Below are positions 13,246-25,170 of a DNA stretch of 64,000 nt, in pieces. A model generated the notes under the pieces. The model searched no databases, was not told where the DNA came from, and saw only the letters and a program-made list of their open reading frames with translations. The stretch is taken from positions 30,938,001-31,002,000 of the forward strand of contig CM022665.1 in the NCBI GenBank assembly GCA_012295275.1. The letters are read 5' to 3'. Position 1 is the first letter of the stretch. Each line of letters starts with the position of its first letter. This DNA is from Chrysomallon squamiferum. Taxonomy: Eukaryota; Animalia; Mollusca. Made by a program: the position numbers and the translations under genes.

Positions 13246-13652
13246 TAAAAATTAGGAATAATAATAATAAAAAAAAAAATTAAAAAAATAAAATAAATAA
13301 AATTAAAAAATAAAAAATAAATCAATGTTTTAACAAAAGCTTATCATTATTTGATCCTAACAGTATAAAAGTAGACAACATCCAGGCAACATAACACAAT
13401 ATGCACATCAGACAATATAGACAAATTAAATACATACTGCATGTTCGTGTTGAATTGTGAATAATTTGTAAACACTTCCTAGCTTCGGCTGTTGTTATCT
13501 GTCAAGTAGATTTAATTTCCAATGAATAAATTCCCGTCAGAATCGCCGTGTTCCGAAAATGACAAGTATTCTTCTTCAAAGATTGAAGTGAAATATTCTC
13601 CGATAGTGTTAATTTGCTAAGTAAAAATTTGAAAAAATATTCTTTTTCTTAC

Positions 13653-13750
13653 CTGCTTTCGTTTTGTTACGTTACAGACTCTGGACTAAGTAGACTTTTA
13701 TCGCAGCACTTATAGCGGAGCGAAGAACAATGAGCAAGTTATCTGATTGG
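13653..13750 (-). other. Candidate non-coding first exon transcribed divergently from DLST (probable distal Prox exon 1); upstream end approximate
   Basis: Strong minus-strand donor AAGCAG|gtaaga at 13653/13652, inside the CpG-rich promoter segment. No ATG, and a TAA lies in the Prox-compatible frame. Confidence 0.5.
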
Positions 13751-13839
13751 AAGCTCTTCAACTCTGACCCTCGTGCACTGACCCAGAAATGTGACCCGTA
13801 CGAGCTTGCGCACACGAAAGGTGGCGCACCAAGACGGCC
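13700..13839. promoter_or_regulatory. DLST promoter, probably bidirectional
   Basis: CpG-rich segment just upstream of the DLST ATG, with an inverted CCAAT (GATTGG near 13745), three TGACCC motifs (13765-13797) and TGCGCA. Confidence 0.6.
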
Positions 13840-13920
13840 ATGCTTGTATCAAGACTGCGGATTGTTCCGCGATGTACGAGATTGTTTTCTGTCTGCAGAT
13901 CGCAGGCAATCAAGCCGAAG
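13840..13920 (+). CDS. DLST: DLST exon 1 ([27 protein letters not shown]), GC donor
   Basis: Arg/Ser/Leu-rich peptide with no acidic residues, as expected for a targeting sequence. Donor AAG|gcaagt in phase 0. Confidence 0.8.
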
Positions 13921-16900
13921 GCAAGTAAAATGTACATACATGAGAAATTAAACGAATGAACAATAGTAAGGCAAAAAATATTGTTTCCCGTTTATTTGGC
14001 AAATATACTTAGGACCGAGGCGAAAGACCGGAAAATTACCGCTACGGTCACCTTCTAATATTTTTGGGATGAATTGATACGGCTCATTAATCAAGCTCTC
14101 ATTAAATTATACCTATAATGAGAATTTAATAATTTACTTTAACATATGAAGTAGTTGCTTGCAAATAATAATTTGGTATTGAATATCGAAACGCAAAAAT
14201 TGTATTGCAGGGGACGTCACTCTGTGTGATTACAATTTGCCCTTGAACTCGCATGTCAAATGTTTTGACGACTGATTCATATAAAATTTAAAAACTAAAT
14301 TGTAGTAACTATAATAGCACTTTTGCCCTTAAATAATAATCTTTCTCTTTAAATTATTTATCGTATTATAATAATATCCACATTTAAATTAATATTTCAA
14401 TTTAATTTAGCTGTCACTACTGCCTGCCTCTCCGATAATCTAATCATGGATTCGTGAAATCTTGTTCAGCAGCAGTTTTTGTATTACGATATTAGTTAGG
14501 AAATATTTATTTCCCCCAGCCTGATACATCTCTGTCACACTAAACGTAACCCAAACATTAACGTTTAAAATTCATACCTTCCTGAACAGTTGAAGTAAGA
14601 AAACCTCCATAACATATGTGCTTTTAACATATAGATGTAGGCTATTGCTTGACAGTATTTGATAAACAGTTATTAAATAATAAACTAGAATATTATTTTG
14701 TTTATTTATCCTAAATACATACGCCATCTACAGAAATCTGAACCAGAATAGCAGTGTTGTTTGCTTGATGATAAAATACATATAAATAATTGTAAGTTTC
14801 AATGTAGAAAAACATTATTTTAGTTTCTGAGCTGTTCTAGAAATTACAAGTTAATATTTTATATACTGGTTTTAGCAAATATCTAGTTCTAAAAATGTTA
14901 GTGTCAGCAAATTTGTGCATTTTTTACTGTACAAAGTAATTTGGAAAATATTTATTTCAGAGAGGTTTGTCTGCTTGTCAAAAGAATGCAGGTAAGATAT
15001 CAGCATAACTTTTTGTTTAGTTGTTGATTCCTTAAGAAGATCTAATTGACATTAATGTCTCACAAAGTTAACTGCTGTTAAAATGATGACTTATTAAAAT
15101 GTTTACTTAATTTGGCAGTTGAAAATGACATGCATTTTGCCTGTGTTTTGATATTTGTAAGAATTTATGTATAGGTGTTGGTTACTTTATTCAGAAAACA
15201 AATGTTAGAACTTGAATTATGTTGACAGAAAGTTACCACAGATATGCATATACTCATGCTCATTAGACATTTTATCATTTTATAAATTGTGTAACAATAA
15301 TAGTAATACAGAGCAACTGCTACATGTACAGAGATTTGAAATTGTTCTTTAGGTTTATGTTTTTAACCAAATAAGTTTAAAAAGGAACCTAAAATATGAA
15401 ACATGTATGTAAATTATTTCAGTTAAAGTAGTTAAAGGTGTTTTTGTGTAATGCATTTACCCAACACTTACTGGCTTAATAGTCAAGTTTCATGTCCTGC
15501 ACTGCTAAGCCTGGGTTTCTAAAATTTTTAATTTAAAATTTATTTTTAAATTACTATTGTACAAGTGTGAAAGCAGTAACACACTGTCAGACTGACAATG
15601 AATGTCTAATAGAATTTATTGTTCATTGAATAAGCTTGAGTATATGTGTATGTTCATAATAATAGAGGTAATCTTGAATTTCACTTTGGTAACATGACTG
15701 GAAACAAAACATTTTTATTTCAGATTTAATCTACAAGAAATGTCTTCCGGGTCTCAGTTCTTACAGGCACATGTGAGTTGAAGTTGTTTATCACACTCTA
15801 TTCTGTTACATCTGCAAAATACCTTTAGCTTTCAATAATTAAATTTTCTTGAAATTTATATAGTGATTTTTCCCATTGGTTTGGTTTTTGTAATTATTGC
15901 ATTTGTAGGGTCTCTCTGAACTTCTGTCCACTAATTTGACTTTCACAATCAACCAGTAATAATATTATTTTTAATGATTTTAAAAGCTGAAAGTAATCTC
16001 TGGTATCTATCTTGAGTTTATTTCCAGTATGTTATCTTTTGAAGAATTACTTAGAGATTCCTTTCTCTAATTTATAACTCTTATAACTTGTGAAATCTAA
16101 ATAGGTTAACTAGTGTTGCATTTGATAGCTTTTAAACTTATTTTGACAAATAGCATTTTAAAATATGTATAATAGTTACCAGCACAAGCCATCTGTTAAT
16201 ATTAGTGTAGTCACTAATAAAAATTTGTTGTACAAACATCTGAGTATCTGAAACAAGATCTGCATTTTTATATTTTTTTCAAAATTATTATTATTATTAT
16301 TATTACTAATTTGGTAAATAATTCTTATGCAAGTAATAATCTTTTTTGGGGAACTTGGTTCATATTTAAATACAGATTTATTGTATTAAATTTTTTTTTA
16401 ATGTTCATTAGAAGTAGGACTGAAAGAAATCTGATGCTGATGGCAACGTGAATGTTACTCATTAATGTTGTATCAAAACTGTAATAAAAATAAACATGTA
16501 TCACTATCAACGTGTGTTGAATTAACATGTAAACATACATTAATGTAGCCATAACACCATGGGTATTTTGGTTGTTGTTTGTTGTTGTGTTTTTTTTTTA
16601 TAAATAATACCAATTTTATAATTTACATAGATTAATATAGGTCTAGAACAGTTATTTTGAAAACCTAAGTAAATGCACACTGAATAACTATTGTTTTCAC
16701 AAAAAAACTGAAACTTCTCAGACATTTTAAATGAACATCATTGACAGAGACATCTTTTTCAAATACCCTGTGTTAATCACTGATGATATGCTGTTATAAC
16801 TGTCCATCCCACATTGTATTCAGATCACAGATCAGGTGTCATCAGCTGACCTCTTCTGGCAGAATACTAATTAGTTTAAAATGGTTACTCTTACAAAACC

Positions 16901-19900
16901 CAACAATGACTTGAATATATAAGGTGGCTTAATAAATTCTCCCACTGTTATTATATAATGTTACACAACAGTCTGGTTTTCAGTTTTGACCATAGCTACA
17001 GAAATTACATATATGTTACATGACTTGGTTACATACAATAAGTATTGATAAAGATTTGAATTTTGTTTAAATTATTAAAAGGCATTTGTCTGTGACTTGT
17101 CTTGGTAGTTAATAAATTGTTGCATTTTCATGGAAAGGGAGAAAATAATAAAATTTATTTATTTATTTATTTTATTGCTTTTATTTTGTGAATCACTAAT
17201 GATGTATAATGATGTATTTTGATTCAGGTTACATACCTAATGATTTACCTACTGGTTGTTATTATTTTTGAAATTACATATCAGTTTTGTCAGATAATTG
17301 CTGTTTAATAGTTTCTTTTATGTGTTAGTACAGCAATTTGATAGGAATCTTTATGAGACAGGTAACATTGCCCATTTTGGAAAAAAAAAGAGAATATATA
17401 TCATTAAAAAAGAACCCATTTATCAGAAATGGAAATAAATTTAATTCCATGTATATATTAATAGCAGGTGTCCTGTTTAATTTTTCCCAGGCTCATTTAA
17501 ATAATAACAATATGTCAATAATCAGTCTTGTGTTTCAATTATTTATTCATATCTTCTGCATATGGAGTTTTTGGTTCATATTTCTACTAACATCTTTGTG
17601 ACTTAGTCTTTCTTTTGTCTGAATTTTGCAATAAAACAAAGCCATTCTGACTAAAACATTAATTGTAATAAATAACAATGTGTAAAGAAATCAAGGTTGA
17701 GAGGATTTTAGTTACACAAAGGAACAAAGCAGATCTTTATCTCACATTTCTTCTGTAATCCTCTCAGAAGATTTACCTTAATACATGTTTAATTAGCGAA
17801 CCAGCTACAGAAGTTTTATTCCAGTTGATCACATTGGGAATAATTAATCTCTAAAGGTAATGAAGCATCAAAAGAAAAATGTCTTTTCTTGAAACTTTAG
17901 CCGATTTCTGAAAGAGCTTGGCTTGTTAAAGTGGCATTATCAAAGTTTAAAATTTACTTATTTGTATTTATTTCACTTTGGTACATATATTGAAAAATAA
18001 ATGATTGCTTCATAAAGAAAGAAAGAAAAAATAGATTAGGATTTTTCAATTATTGTAGAGACTGCTTTAAAATATGTCTAGAACCAGAAATAGTTCATTG
18101 ACGTCATCCGCTGTGATTAAAGAAATCTTTTTTTTATTTTTTATTTTTTTTTATTTACAAGATTTTGTTTTAAAAGTATTTAGAATGTTTTTAAAATATA
18201 GTATAGGTATATAAATTGAATAAAGTGTATGTGTTTCTCCTAAGATAAATACCAATATCATTATTTCTACTGCCGCTATTACTGTTACTACTGTTGTTTA
18301 AATTAATGTTAAATATTATAATTTTAAATTATTGCTGTAGATGCTTGAACCATTTGTGGGTTGGATCACACAGGAACATTCACAGCTCGTCAGTCCTATG
18401 TAGGTGTTTTATCTTTACTTTTTAACAGATACAATGTTTTTTAAATGCAATTAAAAAAATATGTTTGATCTGGCAGTGTCTCATTAAAAAATTATAACTG
18501 TACTTTATTGTTCCTGCTTTTGTTTATTATTATTATTATTATTATGTTGGGGAAAAATTAATTCATCTGAATATAAAATACAAGAAAGTAGTAAATGCTT
18601 GATTTGGGTAATGTATTAAAATACATGCTTAGCAGGTATAAACAGAATAGCCTAAATGGATTTTTAATACTTCTGAATAAAAAAAAAAAGTTCAAAGACA
18701 AATTATTAGCCTCCATACATATTCTTGAATTTTTATCATTGGTGTCTTTTATTGTTAGCATTATCATAAAATCATTTACTGTAACCAAATGAAACAGTTT
18801 GAAAGTAAAGAAAATGTATATTTTACAAAGGTATTACTTAGTTACAAAGTCTGCCTAAGAAGTACACTGTAAGCTAATATTTTATTTCAGGTGATGACAC
18901 AATTGTTAGTTCACCACCATTTGCTGAATCAGTCACAGAAGGTGATATCAGATGGGAAAAAGGTATTTTACTTTAAAAAGGTCATTTCCTTTTTATATCA
19001 TTACATCAAAACCATATATCTGACATCTAATAACCATTAATAATAAAATATTTTCATATATTAAATACATATTTATTAATTCAGTAAAACTGTTATATTC
19101 ATTACATCATTAGAACTTGTTTCTGGATGTTCTGGACATGTTGGCATTTTAAAAAAAAAAAAAAAAATTATTATATTAGTTTTATATTTTATTTTATTAT
19201 TTTAATTTTTTTGTTTGTTTTAAATGACACTTTCTAACAAATATCATTTATTGTTTCACCTGCATTTTAGTAAAATGTAAGTGGCAATAAAAAAATGTGT
19301 TTAATTTGTCGCTTTATTTGCTCAGTTGAATGTATTATTTCTTAGATGAAAAGTGAAATAAAGAGAAGTGTATCTCTAATAATGAAATTAATGTATTTCA
19401 GCTGTAGGTGACACAGTGTCTGTTGATGAAGTTATAGCAGAAATTGAAACTGACAAGGTAAAGCTAATTATAAAGATAATAAATTATAATGTAATTATCT
19501 GTGTTTATCTTTAATGCATTTATATTAATTACACTCGTAAGATAATTTGAAAATAATCCAGAATTATTGAATTTATTATCTGAAATTTGTTGCATCAAAA
19601 TTTGAATGTTTTCATCCTAGAATTAAAGCTTAAATATAAATTTAACTTTAAAAAAATAAAAAATAATTTATTTATTTTTCCATTTTTTTTATATTTTTAT
19701 TTTTTATTTTCTTTAATTCTAATTTTTTTTTTAGACATCCATCCAGGTGCCAGCACCAGTGGCTGGGATTATTGAGGAGTTGTTTGTTGAAGATGGAGGA
19801 ACTGTAAATGCTGGACAACAGTTGTGCAAAATAAAGATAACAGGTAGCAAAAATGAATCATCTGTGCATAAGTGTGCCCAGAACATTATTTTAACCACTG

Positions 19901-20080
19901 TTGTTTTAGATGTGTACATTTTGACAGCATTCTGTTTTATTTTTTTTTACTTCATAGCTAATTAGAGCGAGATTTATTTTACAACATTTCAATGCTGAAT
20001 TGTTTTAATTGAGAGAAATCATGACTCGTTTATTAGAAATGCTTTAACCTGTTGTATATTCATAAAACAATGACCTAAAA

Positions 20081-20119
<39 letters not shown>

Positions 20120-23100
20120 TTTTTATGGGCTGGCAGCAGACATGTTGGCTAAATCTTTGCCTTTGTCTTTCACAGGAGATGCTCCTGCAAAACCAGCAGC
20201 TGCACCTAGTGCACCTACTGCACCACCCCCTCAAGCTGCTGCAGCAGCACCATCTCCCCCACCAGCAGCAGCTGCACCACCTTCATCAGCAGCAGGACCT
20301 ATTCCAACAGTTCCACCTCCAGTGCCACCACTGCCAAAAGGACCTATGTCATCTCAGCCTACCTCGTCCATAAAATCAACCCCAATTTCTGCAGTTCAAA
20401 CAGAACCTATTGTAGGTGCCAGGACAGAGCAGAGGGTGAGTATGGGAAAGAACACATTAAACGTAAGAGACTGATGATGTAATTTAATCCTTATTGCTTA
20501 AGATAGGTTTGTCTTGTGTAATGAGGCTTCTGATACAGTCAGCAAGATGTGCATCTCATTTTGGTCTTATTTTTCATTGTAATATATTCTTCTGTTTAAA
20601 AACTGATATTTGTTCAGATAGGATTTTCTGATTCTTTAAAAAGTTTCAAAATTCCAACTTGCATTTAGTCAGTTACTATTTTCTTTATGATGAGAAAGCC
20701 TTTTTCATTCTTATAGTTTTATACCATTTCAGAGGATAACAGTTTATTCATCTTCAGCACATAAAAAGATCCATATTCTGTATAATTTAATAATTCATAA
20801 GTTAATTGTTTCAGGTAAAGATGAATCGTATGCGACTTCGAATAGCACAGCGACTAAAAGATGCACAGAATACCTGTGCTATGCTTACTACTTTTAATGA
20901 AATAGACATGTCGTAAGTAATTTTAAAATCAGTTTTACTTACAATTATGTAGATGAGTTTATTTTTGTGTTTCTTTATGTGAATTGTACAGCTGAATTAA
21001 TGTTAACAAAACCTCAGAATATAACTTGGCAGATGTCAAAGTTTATAGCAGAGAGGAAACTATATCAATTAGCAGTAAGGAAGCTTGTTAAAGGCTGGAA
21101 TGAGGATGACTGAATTACATCTCAGCCAAACACTCTGACCATTTGGCTACAGCTCTCTTTACATATGAATTTGTCATTGAAATAATTCATTCTTATTAAT
21201 ACTTTTAAAAAAAAGGTTTAACTTTTCTGAAAACAAAGTACTAAGTGTCATCGTCTTTTTTTAAGTTTACAGCATAACTAAATAGGTAAAAATGTGAATT
21301 TTTGTTATAATATTTTCAGCAATATCATGGAGATGAGAGGTAAACATAAAGAAGCCTTTCTTAAGAAATTTGGCCTCAAGCTCGGATTTATGTCTGCCTT
21401 TGTAAAGGCTACAGCATTTGCACTTCAAGATCAGCCAGTAGTGAATGCAGTCATAGATGAAACTGAAATAGTCTATCGTGATTATGTAGATATTAGTGTG
21501 GCTGTTGCTACTCCTAAGGTGAGTTGACGATGTGTTTGTTAATTTGATTGTTATTATCAGTAATATTCTGACAAATACATCTGTTGTCTGTCACCAATGC
21601 AGGAAATTACAATTTTATTGTTTTGCTACATGTGAGAATATTTTGAACAGTCTTGAAGTAATTGAGGAATTATTACTTTATTAGTATTAAAACTGTCATA
21701 CTTGCTTTTTCTGTTATTATTTTTTATTTTTATTTTTTTAAGTTTTTCAGATGTTTTGGGATTGTAATTTTTTTTTAATTTATTTTAAAGTATATTAATA
21801 ATAATAAATGACAAAACTTTTTTATTTATAATTTTTTTTTTATTACTTTTAGACTTGAATAAATTTTGATAAAAATATTATTGTCTTGTTTATGCATACA
21901 GTGAAAAGATAATTTAAAAAAATGGGATTTGTTAATAAAACAAAAGAAAAGGAAAAAAGTAAAATAAAAATAATAAATTCACATCTTTTACAGAATAAGT
22001 GGAAATGTCATTTAGCAGTAGATGACTTTGTTAAATCAGTATTGTTAGTTTCATGACTTTGAATGCCAAATGACATATAAACATTACATAAATGTTTAAA
22101 ACAAGCATTTGAGTTCTGCCAGATGTTTTTATTTTTATTTCTTGTATAAATCCTGACAGATTTTTCATCTGAAATATTTGTCAAATCTATGCAGTCATCG
22201 TTGTTTTCTTTCTTAAACTGAATGCTGGTGTTAAATAGTTTTTAATATTCAGTACACTTCCAAAAATTTGTGCAGACATTATTGTATTTAAAAAATTAAC
22301 AGTTTGTTTTAAGAATACCTGACCACTGGAAATGTAAGGATGTTAGTGAGTTGTATAATTTGTTCATATTTCAGGGTTTAGTAGTTCCTGTGATAAGAAA
22401 TGTTGAAAAGATGAATTATGCTGATATTGAGAAAGCTATCAATGAACTAGGAGAAAAGGTTTGTAATCAGGATAGAATCATTAGGCAACAAGAATGAAAT
22501 TTAAGGTTTTTCATCTATATCCAGTATGTTTTGGAAGTGACCATTGAAAATGTATCATAATTACATGTCTGTTAACAAAGCATTGCAGTGTACAAAAAAC
22601 AATGGTATAAATAAATATGTATATACCATCATTTAATACCTACCATACCATACCATTAATAATGGTAAATAGATTGAAAACAGTAAAATATTTTATTAAA
22701 ATTAAATGAGCCGTTAATAAATGTGCTTTTTATGTTGATACATCTTAATAATATAAACTTCATCAAACAGATTAATAAATAATTGTTTCATTGCTTAAAA
22801 TAAATTAAGTTAGTAAATGTAGATTTAAATGGGCGGGTTTTAAAACAACAAAAGTCAGGAATTTATATTGAACAGTGAGCTTAAGGTAACCTACTTCCTA
22901 ATGATTTATAAAATAACTCTTTAATAGTTGAAAGACCAATTAAAATACCTGGGTCACAGCTGTGAAAATGTGATTTTTTTTTTTTTTTTTTTTTTCCCCT
23001 ATTACAAAATCAATTTAAAAATTAAATATTTCACAGGCAAGAGCAGGTTCTCTAGCAGTTGAAGATATGGATGGTGGTACATTTACAATCAGTAATGGTG

Positions 23101-23582
23101 GTGTGTTTGGCTCTCTGTATGGTACGCCAATAATCAATCCTCCTCAGTCAGCCATTCTTGGCATGCATGGCATTTTTGACAGGCCTGTTGCTGTTAGTGG
23201 AAAGGTGAGTTGCTTTACATACAGATTGTATATGTAATTTATGGAATCAGTTAATATAACTATTAACAGTTTAAGAGATTGTAAAAAAAAATTAAATGCA
23301 GTAGATTTTTAAAAAAAAATCAGTTTGAATATTGGTTTAATGAGTCTTATTTTTTCATTTTTAGATTGTTAAATAATTTTAATATCTTCGTGAAATTTTA
23401 TAATTGGTGACTTTATTTCAATATTATTAATATATTATTTTTTCCAGGTTGAAATTCGCCCAATGATGTATGTAGCTCTGACGTATGATCACCGACTGAT
23501 TGATGGCCGTGAAGCTGTTCTTTTCTTAAGAAAAATAAAAGCTGCGGTAGAAGATCCAAGAATTATTTTACTAGATTTGTAA
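13840..23582 (+). CDS. DLST: Dihydrolipoamide S-succinyltransferase (E2 of 2-oxoglutarate dehydrogenase), complete 13-exon gene, 1401-nt CDS / 466 aa
   Basis: Joined exons give a mitochondrial presequence, lipoyl domain (EIETDKT), Pro/Ala linker and catalytic domain ending [13 protein letters not shown]...DL-stop. All intron phases are consistent. Confidence 0.97.
14961..14991 (+). CDS. DLST: DLST exon 2 (31 nt, [10 protein letters not shown])
   Basis: tttatttcag| ... CAG|gtaaga; phase 0 to 1. Confidence 0.8.
15724..15772 (+). CDS. DLST: DLST exon 3 (49 nt, [16 protein letters not shown])
   Basis: ttttatttcag| ... AT|gtgagt; phase 1 to 2. Confidence 0.8.
18341..18399 (+). CDS. DLST: DLST exon 4 (59 nt, [20 protein letters not shown])
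   Basis: gctgtag| ... T|gtaggt; phase 2 to 1. RNIHSSS resembles a mitochondrial presequence cleavage motif. Confidence 0.8.
18891..18962 (+). CDS. DLST: DLST exon 5 ([24 protein letters not shown])
   Basis: Start of the lipoyl domain; canonical splice sites. Confidence 0.95.
19402..19457 (+). CDS. DLST: DLST exon 6 ([19 protein letters not shown], lipoyl lysine)
   Basis: ETDK lipoylation motif; cag| ... AAG|gtaaag. Confidence 0.96.
19735..19843 (+). CDS. DLST: DLST exon 7 ([36 protein letters not shown])
   Basis: C-terminal half of the lipoyl domain; canonical splice sites. Confidence 0.95.
20176..20435 (+). CDS. DLST: DLST exon 8 (Pro/Ala-rich linker to RTEQR)
   Basis: cacag| ... AGG|gtgagt; phase 1 to 0. 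Confidence 0.93.
20815..20912 (+). CDS. DLST: DLST exon 9 ([32 protein letters not shown])
   Basis: Start of the catalytic domain; TC|gtaagt. Confidence 0.97.
21085..21157 (-). mobile_element. Possible tRNA-derived SINE head relic in DLST intron 9
   Basis: Minus strand GAGAGCTGTAGCCAAATGGTCAGAGTGTTTGGCT resembles a tRNA 5' half with an A box; no intact B box. Confidence 0.3.
21320..21518 (+). CDS. DLST: DLST exon 10 ([13 protein letters not shown]...[10 protein letters not shown])
   Basis: Conserved catalytic domain; AAG|gtgagt. Confidence 0.97.
22375..22458 (+). CDS. DLST: DLST exon 11 ([28 protein letters not shown])
   Basis: GLVVPVIRN motif; canonical splice sites. Confidence 0.97.
23037..23204 (+). 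CDS. DLST: DLST exon 12 ([26 protein letters not shown]...RPVAVSGK)
   Basis: [10 protein letters not shown] and [15 protein letters not shown] motifs. Confidence 0.97.
23448..23582 (+). CDS. DLST: DLST exon 13, coding part ([24 protein letters not shown]...LLDL-stop)
   Basis: Catalytic DHRLIDG motif; TAA at 23580-23582. Confidence 0.97.
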   Translation, partial: VEIRPMMYVALTYDHRLIDGREAVLFLRKIKAAVEDPRIILLDL

Positions 23583-25170
23583 CACCTTGATTGTTAGTCA
23601 AATATTTTACCTTCATGACAGCTGTTAATACACTGATCAGGTCTGAATAAGGAAACAAATTATTAGTATTTTGAAGGGTCTCAGTGTTGTTTGCTTTTTG
23701 AGATAAAATGTTGGGTTGCATAAATATTGTTATATTCAAACTTAGACCAACTTTGTAGAGGTTGATGCTGGATAATACCTTGTTTATTTTTGACTATTCT
23801 CTGCTACAATCAGGTGATGTAAATTTTCTAGTGATCATGTGAGGCTCACTGTCATAAAGTGGCTTTAAAATTTATATTTTATACATTTTGCAGTGAGATT
23901 ACATGTATTAAAATAGTTTCTTGATTTCTTTATTGCAAATGTATTTTTTTTTCTTTCTTTTTTTATTTATACTTATTATTTTAAATGATGAATAAAATGA
24001 TATTAATTTACCATAAATATTTTCATGTTCTGTTTGTATGAAGGATTGATGGCTCTATTTTAAGATGGTAAATATGTGATATGCTCTAGGAACAGCTGAA
24101 ACTCGTATGGATCTGAATAAAGAAGCATTAATATTATTTTAACAGTTTTGTCTGTTTTTAACTGGGTTATTTTAATGTTCTCAAGTAGACTGTGAAGATC
24201 AATAATTGTTTTGCATTTACAGTCATTTCGTTCGAACACGAATATTTTAATTTCTAGTTATTCCCATCCAAGGGTTTTATAAACGTTCATCTATAGATCA
24301 GTGATGCAAAGTTCTTGGACAGGGTTGCTTTTAAACAGCTTAAAAATACACCAGCTTTTGATTTGTATGTGCTTCGAAGACAAATCCACTGACTGAAAAC
24401 TAAGATAAGTGATAAAATCAAACTAAACGAATTTTTATAAAAAAATATATTTTGACTTTTCAAAAAAAAAAAAAAAAAAAAAAAAAAGATTAGAAGAAAC
24501 ACCTAAACTTCAAAATGGAGAATTTGTGAAACAATGTACATAAGAGTGGCTGTTTGGGCATTGTTTTTAATTTAATATTTACCTTTTTGAATTAGCTTAT
24601 ATATTTTATTTTATTATTAAAACCATTATCTTGACAAAAGATCATTTGGTTATACCAAAGTCTTTTGTGTGTACAATCTTGTCATATTTGTGACAACAGT
24701 ATGTATATTCATGTTGAATGTTGACCATGAACACTTTATTGTCAGTTCCTAAGTTGTAGACATTTATAAGATCATTTACTGTCTTTACCAAAAATCTGCA
24801 ATATTATATTCTGAAGCCGTTTATAATTCGTTTTCGCACAAATAAAAGTCAAATGTATTCCAGATTATTTGTTTATAATTAATGTTCTTGTTTCAAAAGA
24901 TTCTTGCTTTAAATATATATATGCATTACTGCATCTTGTTTACAAGAAAATTATTAATATACAAATTTAGAATGTTTTCATTGAAAAAAAGTTAATTTAA
25001 ATAAAAAAATAAATACATAAATAAAAACAATCGTAATAATATATACATTGTAACATTGTGATAAAAATGTTCGTAATGTATTTACAGGGGAAAAAAAAAA
25101 AAAAAAAAAGTTTGTGAAGTTTATGAAGATAAATGTATAATGTATAAACTGCCTTTGTTTAATAAAAAGC
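23583..25170 (+). other. Probable DLST 3' UTR with several candidate AATAAA signals (near 23991, 24116, 24841, 25161)
   Basis: AATAAA hexamers, some followed by T/GT-rich sequence. CpG depletion continues to about 25.3 kb. The site actually used cannot be determined. Confidence 0.45.

Noticed and set aside
16781-16850. Possible box C/D snoRNA (TGATGA...CTGA) or 12-nt microexon (16824-16835) in DLST intron 3
   Set aside because: No recognisable rRNA antisense element or convincing terminal stem, and the microexon donor (gtgtca) is weak. Would need snoscan or RNA-seq.
17329-17361. 33-nt exon-like segment (ttag|...CAG|gtaaca) in DLST intron 3
   Set aside because: Contains TGA in the required phase. 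At best a poison exon, and nothing else supports it.
18963-18970. U12-type donor in DLST intron 5 (gtatttta)
   Set aside because: Lacks the CC of the RTATCCTT consensus; ordinary U2 donor.
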